64,000 nt of DNA from Raillietiella orientalis (Eukaryota): assembly GCA_036172245.1 (NCBI GenBank), contig JAYWIR010000042.1, positions 558,001 to 622,000 of the forward strand. The letters are read 5' to 3'. The translations under genes were made by a program, and so were the position numbers. Under the pieces are notes generated by a model. That model searched no databases. It was not told the origin of the DNA and worked only from the letters and a program-made list of their open reading frames with translations. Shown one piece after another: positions 41,520 to 51,900 of the stretch. Each line of letters begins with the position of its first letter. Positions within the stretch are counted from its first letter, which is position 1.

Positions 41520-42417
41520 AGGGGCGGAGGATGAAGGTCCGCTCGCATAAGCTGCGATAACCCCCTGCAAGGACTGGGAAGCTCAACTTAAATTCAAAGA
41601 CATTATCGGAGGGAAGAATAAAGAGGCGACCTCCTTCAATGTCGCTGGCCTCGAACTCATCCTCAGCTGTACAGCACTGTTGCTGCTGTGCCTTCGTTCG
41701 TAACAGGAGAAACCCCCAAAAGAACGTACGAAAAGATGAAACGATGCAACGGTCGTTAGGGTCTTGATGATGAGAATTCTTTAGGGTCCCTCTGCTTTCG
41801 CCGCTTTCCTTCCAGCTTTTTTTCGGTTCCTCGAGTTCTCAAGAACCGTTTCTCTCCTTGGAAAGGAGGCTCACAGAGCCATTCAACGCTGTTCACGCTA
41901 CCCGAAGGCGCGTGTGGATCTTCAAGTTATAGCGGTAACTCCGGAAGAACCACCTTAGGAATCCAGGAAGGCTCTTGGCGCTTCGTAGGGGACCCTCTCC
42001 CTGGTTGCCTCCGAAGGGAACTCCAAAGGGACGATTCCACTCTCAAGGGCTCTTCCTGAAGGGAGCACTGAGCTTCTTACTCCCTGGAGAAGCAACCTTC
42101 CGAAAGGGATATCCAGCCGGCTGCATGGTATGGTTCCATTTTCACAACCGGAAGGGGAACTCAAAAGGGAACCGTCTCCCTGATTCCTGGAAGGAGACTG
42201 CAAGGTCAACTTCCAATCCCGGCCAGTCAACGGGAGCATCCGGCTTCCAGCAGTGGGCCTCCCGAAGCCCGTGGGCCAACCAGCGTCACCCTGAGGGGGG
42301 AACTCGAAACCCACGACGCGCTTGTTGCTTGGCGTCGATCCTTCACGTGGGGATTCGAACCCGCTACTCTTGGTAGCACGCGCGGAGACCGTAGCCACAC
42401 GGTCCCCAAGGCAGGCA
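41520..42417 (-). mobile_element. tRNA-headed SINE-like element, copy 2, apparently interrupted by extra sequence at about 41590-41980
   Basis: Minus-strand A-box-like TGTGGCTACGG (42399-42389) and B-box GGTTCGAATCC (42361-42351); shares TTCACAACCGGA, TGATTCCTGGAAGGA, GCATCCGG and CCCTGGTTG blocks with copy 1. Confidence 0.65.
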
Positions 42418-45400
42418 TCTGCATATGAAAGGATGCAAGGGTTTCACCTCTTGCGGAGTCTCCGTGTGATTCGTGGGAAAGGTGCCTCGTGCGTGCGCGC
42501 ACAGGAAAGGAATGATTTGGAAATGAAACCCGAGGGGCATTCATTATGTTCTTTTTTGTTAATGAAGGTCACACGAAGATAGCAATGAATTCGGTTTGGA
42601 CTCGAAGAAAAAGTAATTGCCAAGGGCATAGGGAGGTATGAGGCGAGACATATGCTTGCAAAAGATATGATTGCCAAGGGAACCTTGCTCTCCATTTACT
42701 GGCTTTTCCCACAAGTCGTTCTTCATAAAAAAAGAAAGGGATCACCCTCATAGTATGAAAAAAAAGATATCTTTCTTTTTTCTCCAAGGAAGACTCCGTT
42801 TTTTTTTTATCTATCAGTGCCCAAATCAAAGGATGTCCTCACTTCTCGATTAGTGAAGCGTGGAGAGAGATGAAAATCACGAGTCAAACTGGAAATGATG
42901 CTCCTGTATCCTCTTTCGTAGCGAACAGACTGCTCTTCTGGTGAAATCCTTGCTTCTTGGATCTCAGCATACAATCAGCAAAAAAGGAAAAGAGATTTCC
43001 TGGGAGCAGCGTCTTCTGGAGAGCAAAGCAGCCACATCGGAAGTGAGATCTTTTCTTTCAAAGCTTCATTTGCTCGCTTTCCAAGAGTCATCAGAAACAT
43101 TCGCCTTTCCGTCGCCCCCTCTCACAGGGCGCGAAGAGCTTCCGGTTGGAGCACTCAAGGAGGCTGCCGGATTCGAGTTTCACGCGCCCCGCTGTTTCTC
43201 CCCACGAAATTCACGAGGACGTAGAAATATCGAAAACGAAGATCTCCGCAGAGAGCGTGTCGCTCCTCTGCAGAGACGCAGGCTCTTCTGCAGGCATCGA
43301 GTGCAGAATCTCACAATAAATGCACTGGCATAGGTGGAGGATTCTCGGAGCAGGGATGGGAGCTGCAGAATCCAAGGCAGTAATTCGGAAAATTTTTCCT
43401 TCGGAGAAAGGGCAAAAGGAAAGAATCCCTCACAATCATCGCGGTGTTAAAGGTGGCAGCGGCACACACCTCGGAGGAAATCAACGGTGTCAAAAGCGGC
43501 TCCGTTGTCTCTTGCCTTGACGCAGCATTCCGAGCCGTTGATAACCATGACGTCAGTTTGAGAGCGCGGAAACCTTTTCCTCTGTCCACGAAATTCCTCT
43601 CTCTTGTTCCGATCCAAGTCGCGCATTCACTGGTTTGCCGGTCAACTCAGCGAACACGCGATGAGTCATTTTGTGAATCCAACTGGGGAGACAGTTGAGG
43701 TTCTTCAAGTGAAGCAATCATCACTGTGTCTTCATTGCACGTGCATGCAGTGGTCACCTACGGTCTGCGGACTTCGCGTGCCCTCAACGAAGGAAGAGAT
43801 GCTCAGAAGCACGGATCCACGTACTGTGCGTGCAAATGACCTTTTCCTATGCTCTCCGTGTTGTAACCAAGTGCACAGACGTGATCTTCGGGACTGGATA
43901 GCAAGTGAATCGGATATGTGAAAGGGCAACGGATTAACAGCTTCGACAGTGTTTCGTTTAGCCAAGCAGTCCGGCCACGCACTGCCGTGCAAACGCCGAT
44001 ACCTGCTCTTGTGCAGCTGCTGGGTATGGTGGAAAAAAAAAAGGCGGAATGCCTTTGCAGTTCTGGGGAATCATGAGAGAGGAAACAGCCTCAAAGGATG
44101 CAAGGCACGAAACGTGAGCTGCATTGGAACCTCGGGGACGAAGTTCGGGATGAGCTTGAGCAGAGGAATACATTTTCAAGGACGCTGTCCTTCTTTTCAA
44201 ATCCAGAGTTCTCCCTTGAACGAACGAATCCTGGTTCCAGGAGAGACGTGGAGATTCCAGCACTATGCCACAAATGATTCAGTAGCGAGTAAGAGATGCA
44301 TGCGAGATCTGCACGAAGCATTGGGTAGCAAATAGTTCTGGAAGCTACTCTTTCTGAAAACTGGATGATAGTCAGTGCTGGAACATTCTGAGGACAGGTT
44401 TGCCTACTTTGGCGAACGCGAATTAAATATGCATTTTTGTATACAGGGCAAGTGGACATTAGAGTCCGAAAAGTTAGAATAGGTGCGATCGGGAATTCTT
44501 CGGCGAGTTCCTGCAGCCATTTTTCGAGATCTGCTATTAAAGATAGCAACGCTTCATCCAATTTTCAAGGCAGAGCGATTCATTCATTATGGAAAGAGAT
44601 TACAAGAGTGAAGTCAGGAGCAGACAGGGCAAGCTGATTCCCATTTCTTTAAGGAAAAAATGAGTGCGCAGCTTTGGTATTCCAAAGGCATCCAGTAGAG
44701 TGGGAAACTCGTGCTGGTCTTCGGTCTTGCAAGCAAGCAGTGCTTGTGTTTCAGGTAGTAAGAAAACCGACCTATGCTTTCTGGTACGGAACACTTCACC
44801 CACGTGGTGCCATCCTTTCATGCTTCAGACAACCGAACCCAAATTCAAGGAAAGCCCTCAATTCCCTACTCATTAGGGAGATTATTCTCGAAGGGTCACT
44901 GCACTAGCGAAGAGCTTATATTAGAGGAGTTGTGCTTCCTTTCACCGTTCACTTTCGAAACAGCAAATGTTGCATTCCAGCTTAGCATTCCAGCTTCAAG
45001 TTTGCAAGCATTCCGTCACCGTTCAAACAGTTGCAAACTGGTAGCACACACCGTCCTGTGCCAAGTGAGATTCTTTGTCTCCTTGGGGGTTAGTTTAACA
45101 AGTTAAGAACATTTTAATCTGGCAGGGTGCCAGCAAAGTTTCAGGCAATTATTTCTGAAGGTCTCTCATGCTAACGGAAGAAGCAATGTGGATGCAAGCA
45201 TTCCCTCCTCAAGTGAAGGAGAGCATTCAGGGACCATTTCAACAGAGCATGCAACTTCTACAAAGCCGGAGGGGAAGGTGAAAGGGAAACACAGGAGAAT
45301 TTCATGCACATCCTTATTTCCAATTTTTAAAATCATTGTAATTAGTTGAAACTTTAAAACCATTTTTAAACTTGGGGAAAGAGAACAAGACATCGGGTTA

Positions 45401-46797
45401 ACAGCGCGGAATTTCAGTTAATCTTCCAAATTTGGCCAATGCGAGATCATCAGATCTTAGAAGCAAAAAAGAAATGCAAGAACAAGGAAAAAATGAAAAT
45501 CATTTCAGCAGCAACAACAGCAACAAAAGCTCATCATTTGGCAAAAATTTCTTCAAGAGGAAGGGAAAAGATCCCAGGAAATTATCTGCATACTTCCAGG
45601 TCGATACAGTTTTAAAAATTTTCTTCCCACTCTACAAAAGAGAACAATAAACGAAAAAAGGGGTGAGGGAAGGGGGATTGCTTCTTGCTGGATCTCAGTG
45701 CTCTTTTTCACCGTCTCATCTCTTCAGCAAGAGATGCGGAAGCTTCTGGGACCAGGAAATGCATTCGGATGTCAGGTTGAGGGATAACAGGAAATGCTGC
45801 GATAGGTGAGATGCACAGAAAGGATGGCGTGGTCAAGGGACATTCCGTGAACCGATAGTGATGGTACTTTGTGGATTCTAAAGCTGATCTGTGGGGCGTT
45901 GGTCGCCACTGACACTTCTGATTGCACGCGAGGTCAAGCCGACTGGGTCGAAGTGCGCGCTCAGGTGTGGATTGATGTCGTTGCAGCCGAGTGATCTGAT
46001 TTGACACAAGATCCGGTGGCTCAGGCCAGGATCCCTCATGGTTTGGGGGAACTCCGAAATCGGGTCGCTGGAGAAGTGGATGATGGAAATTCCAAGGAGC
46101 AAAAGGAATGGAAAAGTAATTGCAGAGGATTATTAACGTCAGGAATTTGGCTGCTCCCCGCAGGAGTCGAGAATGGGGGGGGGTTTTCATAAGGATTGGA
46201 GCTGGGAGGGGAGAACAACCCATGGGATCGTGTACAGGTGGGAAGGGGCTGCTACTGGAAGTGTTTCTGAGTGTACTCTCGACTACCAGAAGCATCAGCA
46301 GTCAAAGCTACGAGGTTCCGCGGTGAGCAGCATGTTTCCCGAACAGGGAGGGAGTGGGCTGAAAGACAGGAATACTTTTTTCTTTCCGGGGGAGGCAAAA
46401 AATCCCTCAGAGTCGCCCCAGGCGCAGAGGGAAAAAAACAAGGTGAAGATGCTGGTTGGCATAGGGCTGCAGGAAAGGATGGCAAGGGAATTTCCTGGGA
46501 AAGGAACAGCACTTCCCGGTCTCGCCCGTGAGCCGCTGCTCCGAAGGCCGGGCAGCAGTCGAACTCGAACGTTTCTCCGTCAATTTCCCCTTTTTACTGG
46601 GAGGGGAAGGGGGGATGGGGGAGGGGTTCCCGAGCAGGGAGGGATGTCGTGGATGCAAAGTGGTGGTCGTTTTGTTTCTGTCTGTTTGCCCGTTCGAGCG
46701 TCTGTTAAGAAGTGGAGGGTTTCGCAGCAGACATGGCGTAGATAGGAGAACAGAACGAGCACTGGGAAGGAGATCACACTCAGAGTTTCCACCGTAC

Positions 46798-46884
46798 CTA
46801 AAATCGGAAGAGCGTCGGAGACTTGCGGCAGCTTCTCCGCCACCAAGTTGTGGAACACGGTGAGAGACAGCAAGATCGTTACGC
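46798..46884 (-). CDS. nAChRalpha6: nAChR alternative TM2 exon 8b: (G)VTILLSLTVFHNLVAEKLPQVSDALPIL(G)
   Basis: 87 bp, phase 1/1; acceptor ttcttgtcttacttag, donor gtacgg; LPQVSDA resembles insect exon 8b. Confidence 0.93.
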
Positions 46885-47627
46885 CTAAGTAAGACAAGAA
46901 TGAGTTGCTTTCCGGATCGCCTTCCCTTCTGCCGCGGCGTCCCGCGCTCAGAACAGAAACGACAAGAACGACGACGGCGGCAGCAACAACAAACAACAAC
47001 AACAAAACAAGCAGGCAGACGAACGAACAAGAAAACTGTTCCGCACACTTTCCGCCCACTCTGACCACCCTTCCCCCTTCCCTCCACACGCGCGCAGACG
47101 CACACACGAAAAAAAATCGATCAAAGCGGAATTCCATCATCGTTGTGAGGATGATAAGTGGCTGAGGGGGGGAAAAGAAAAGGGGAAGGAAGGGGGATGT
47201 CCTTTTCCTCTCCCTTTTGGTTTTTCGAAAGCGGAAGAGTGATGTGAGGTAGCCTAAGAGATAGCAGGCGTAGCTGAAGGATAAAAGGAGAGAAGGAAGA
47301 TTGTAGAAAGGGGGAGGGAGGGAAAAGACATCAAGGTGCGAAGGAGAGCATGGGCTAATAGGAAGAAGGGATCTCGAGCGACGCGAGAGCAAAAGAAGGA
47401 TGAAGAATGGGGGACCATAGCAAGGAGCGCCATTGCAACCACCCAACCCTCCTTCTTCGTCATCAGCAGAACCCCGCCTTCCTTCCTCAGAGGAGAACGT
47501 AGGAAGGACCACGCAGAGGGGAAGGAGAAGAGAAGGAGAAGGAGCACCTTGCGTGGTTGCGTTTCTCTCTCTCTCCTGTCAAGTGAAAAAATGGCTTTAT
47601 GTCAACCACCACCCATAGCCCCGTTAC

Positions 47628-47714
47628 CTATGATGGGGACGGCTTCCGAGGTCTCTGGCATTTTCTCGGCTACGGCATTTAAAAAAACCGTAAGGGAAAG
47701 CAGAATGGTGACTC
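47628..47714 (-). CDS. nAChRalpha6: nAChR alternative TM2 exon 8a: (G)VTILLSLTVFLNAVAEKMPETSEAVPII(G)
   Basis: 87 bp, phase 1/1; long pyrimidine tract ending ctttccag, donor gtaacg; MPxTSxAVP resembles insect exon 8a. Not called by the ORF track. Confidence 0.93.
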
Positions 47715-48266
47715 CTGGAAAGAGAAAAACAGAGAAGAAAAAGGGAAAGAACAGGACTAGGAGAAGGACAGAGCTGCGAGATGAAAGATGAAATGGCGGA
47801 GGATGCGAAGGAGAAGGCTAGTGGAGGCGGCAGTGGCGGAGTCGACTCCTTGATCAGATTCAGCTCCCGAATTCGTGAAGTGTGAACGGCACTGGAACCC
47901 TCTCCCAGAAAGAAGAGAGTCCGTGCCTTTTACTCTGACATAGGCACAGCAAGTAAGGAGGGAGAAAGTGAAAAAAACAGGAAGAGGCAGAGATGGTAAG
48001 GGGAAGGGGGGAAAGGAGCTTTCGAGGAAGAAAACGCCGCGAGGAGGAACGCTTCAGCTTGAAGCATCTGCGAAAGCCGAGAGATCGCGAAGAGGGTGAT
48101 GTGCAGCGAAAAGAGAGGCAGAGATACTTTTCTCCTTTCTTCCTCTTCCCCTTTCTCAGACCTTTTTCTGATCGCGAATAAAGGTGCCAACGGGGCTGCG
48201 CTCCTGTGGATCCTTTTTCGAGGAAACCTTACGATGCGCTGCGGAAGACGCTTCAAGGACACGATC

Positions 48267-48282
48267 GGGGGGGGGGGGGGGG
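48267..48282. repeat. G16 homopolymer (C16 in the pre-mRNA) in the intron upstream of exon 8a
   Basis: Direct reading. Confidence 0.9.
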
Positions 48283-48792
48283 AAGATAATGTGGAACGGT
48301 TTCCAAGGGATACACGCAGCGCTCTCTTGTATTGCCACCACCAGTCATCACACATCTCCTCCAGCAAAAGGGAGGCGATTCTCCCTCATCCCATGGGACA
48401 ACCAGAATGGAGAGAGTGCATCCTTAGGCAAGGGGTAGAGGAGAGATGACCTTTCCTCAGGGTCGATAGTCTTTCTCTTCCTCCACCTCTGCCACCACCA
48501 TAAGGTATAGTGCGCCAGGATTCTGGAAGAGACCGCTGCAAAGATCGAGGGTGATTGGGACACCGCGAACGGTTCAAAGGGAAATGGGACGAAGGAGAAT
48601 CTGATCCGATGAAGCCTCTTTGACCTCGGTTCGTCCGTCGCCCTAGATAATTGCCACGGGGGATCACGGACTGCCGACTGCTACCACCGCGGCCATCTCT
48701 ATCAGCCGCTTTTCAACGAAAGCAAGCGAGCGGGCGAGTGAGCGGATACGCGCGCGCCCTCGAAATCCGAGGCGGTTCGAGAAGCTTCTAAC

Positions 48793-48987
48793 CTAGAGTG
48801 AGCTTTTCACCAGAATCCGGAGGCAACACGAAACTCAAAAGAGTCATGGAGGAGATGAGAAGGCAGGGAATGATGAGGTTCGTCAGGTAATAAAGCGTCC
48901 TCCTGCGGATGTGGATCGTAAACTTGATGTCTATGTACAGGTCGGGGCAGCACTGGTACTTCTCCACGTTCCGCTTGGCTGGCATTC
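48793..48987 (-). CDS. nAChRalpha6: nAChR exon (exon 7 equivalent): (G)[64 protein letters not shown](G)
   Basis: 195 bp; acceptor ctgtttccag, donor gttaga; loop C YxCC, TM1 and LPPDSGEK. Confidence 0.97.
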
Positions 48988-51900
48988 CTGGAAACAGACA
49001 GGCATCTTTTAGATCCACGCCTCTTCCTCTTCCTCCTCCTCCTCTTCTTCCCTCATAGGAAATTCGCCCATTCCACCCACAATCGCCATTCTTTCCTTCC
49101 GCCTGTCATCCTACGTTTCGGCTGCCAAGCGGTTCGATGTGGGGTGACGATGACATTCGAGAGTCATCAGAGCGTCTGGTTGGTCCCCCACCCTCGCTTG
49201 CATTGTGGGGGAAAGATAATCTTCAGAGAGCACGTCCGTTCCCACGGGAGGACGAGGAAGAGGAGGATACGAAACGAAAGAGATGCTACCCTTCTTGATT
49301 CGAACTTCAGAGCAAGAAACCAGTGGCATTTCCTCTTGGACGCCAGCACATAGCATTTCGATACTGCCGTCTGGACCAGAATCCGGGGCCGGTTCCGCGA
49401 AAGAGTTGCAAGCTCTTGATCTCTTCCAAGTTGTGAGGGACACCGAGAAAGTTCCAGGTCGTACTCAAGGGTCATCCACCGGAATTTCCTACGAGAGCAC
49501 TAATGGAAACACCTGACACATTTCCGCTAATCCCGTGGTAAGACCTCCTTTCCTCATCCTTGTCTCTCAGAGAGCCGCGTTCCCAGATAGTCCGCGTCTC
49601 TCTGAACGAGAAATTTCGTCAGTGGCTGCTTCGGGAAGCAGTGGAAAGCACCGCTTGTTTCTCCTCCCGCCCGTGGCCCGATCAAGATACTTTCGCCAGA
49701 CAAAACTGAGGCATCCGGGCGGCACAGCCGGTGTGAATCCGGCATTTCGTGCATTCTCGAGAGAACGTACGGGATGCTCGGTGCGGGAGAGCGGAGAGCA
49801 GTGCCTTACCCAGGAATCGCAGGATCGCTTAACTCAAAGACGCCGACACCGGCGTTTCCCTCCTCACGTGGGTAGAGATGCCGACGAAAGCAGGGAAACA
49901 GGAGGGTGCTCAGGATTTGATGTGGTCAGCAATCACGTAAGCAATGGTTATCGACGCAAATTCGAAGAAGGAACATTCCTCAACTGATACATCATCGTCT
50001 GTTTAGCGCACACACGAAAAAGCGTAAGCATTGTGAGTTGGCATTTGCCAGGAATGCATTGCCAGGAATGAAGGTGCACGTGTGCAAACGCAATGCCCGC
50101 TGTTGAACACCATGGTGCCGCACGAAGTGCAAAATGATCTGCCCGCTTCATACTTTTGAGGGCGTAGGGTGGGCAAAGGTCCATGGCCTGGTTTGAAGCG
50201 CCACACGCATCGAGGGGTGAGCGCCACAAAGACAGCAGTGTTCCAGCACCCGACAGCATTGCACAAATTTGAAGCCCGTTTGAAATCGAAGATGATTCTC
50301 ATTACACAGAAAAGATGGTCAATTCGTCCTGGTTTTCCCAATGTGAAATCCTTTTAAGATGGTAGCCACGAACTCGGTAAACGAAGGACTCTACAAGATT
50401 CATCGACCTTAGAAGACGTTTCCCTCGCCTGAAAGCAGACTCCAGGGGCTTGGCATGAAGCCGAAAATGGGAGGTCACCGCTGCCACTGGGATCAGCCAA
50501 GAGGACTCCACTCTCGCAGCCATTCGATTGCCGTGGTTTTCTCATCTTTCTCATCTTTTGCAGGTATGAAAAAAAATACTGTTTCTGATTCGGAAGCATC
50601 GTTCCAAAAGGAGGCAGAGGAGGATGAGCGTGAGATTAAGGAAATGAACGAGACGTTTCGTCCTCCATCGTGGCATTCCATCATCTTCACAAACTCCACC
50701 TGCCGTGATAAGGCACTCTCGGCAATATTTTTTTTCAATGCATCTGATACCAATTTGCTAACTGAAGGAAGAATTGTAGAGAAAGAATTGCAACTATTGG
50801 GTGGGCGTTGAAGCTACCCTCAGGATCAGAACCCAGTCCACGTACTGTGATGCATCTCAGCCTGCACTTGCAGGTGGAATCTGTTCCTGTTCGTTTTGCA
50901 ACAGCAAACTTCTTATCCTTCTTCACCACTTGTCGCTCGTTCTTTTCGGAGCTGACCGCTTGCAAAATGGTCCCGATCAAGGTAGTGTTTTCATCTTGCG
51001 TTGAACCCGTGCTCAGTTTTCACGGTGCCAAGAAACGGAAAGAAACCCCCAAACTTAGGAAGGGTCCACTTCCTCTTGAAAAATCCTCAGGGGATGAAGA
51101 GGAGAGTGGCTTATTCGTATGTCGTGCATGCACGAGTTCTCAAGTAAATCATTTGCTAGTTGAAAAATTTAACCACTAGGATCTTCTGTGAGTAGCTTCG
51201 AATTCATCTGAATGTTTCCAGACTCAGCATGGGGCATGTCTGCTTTCGTTCTTGGCATAGAACTGAAACCAACAGTGCCCTGTAAAATACCTTGCAGCAG
51301 CCTTATCAGGCGTGGGAGTGATTCATGAAACAAGAAAAGGAAAAAAAAAAAAAGATCGAACGTACGTACATCGAAGATCTCAATTGTACAAACAGAGGAG
51401 ACAAAAAAAAAACCCTGCATTTTTGTTTGATTTTCTTCATCGAGACCACAAAATAAGCAACTCGACAACGGTTTCAATGGTACTAGAAACGGATTATGTC
51501 GCTCAGTATTGAGACTTCCACCGGATCAAAGTGTCACTGGTTGTAACACTGTACGTTCGAGAATCAGGAATCTACAGTTGTACACATATTTGGCTTGAAG
51601 CGAAAGTGATGTAATTTTCAAATAAAATACGAAGGGCATACAAACTATAAACATAGGAATTTTACTTTTTCGTACTGAGACTCCGCCAAGCTGAATCCTC
51701 GACGGTGTACATGCGATAGACATCCCAAAGCATGCTGAAATGATGGATAACCAGATGAATGTGAAAAGTTTCAAAAAACTTACAGGAAGTGCAATCAATG
51801 ACACGAAGTTGGAAATTCGAAATATGTATCAACAGTGAAATCCCTTTCGGCTCTAATTGAAGCTTTTCGGAAGGTAACGTGCAAAAAGCGATCAACTATG

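Noticed and set aside
42345..42407. Functional tRNA gene
   Set aside because: A and B boxes are present, but there is no convincing cloverleaf, and it is the head of a longer repeated element.
46385..46470. Possible third TM2 exon (8c) after ttcctgcag; similar weak candidates near 45760-45835, 47930-48000 and 48470-48535
   Set aside because: None gives a phase-1 GVTILLS-like frame with an 87-bp AG...GT layout.
46580..47512. 310-aa ORF containing a TM2 sequence
   Set aside because: Only 46798-46884 is coding; the rest is stop-poor low-complexity intron.
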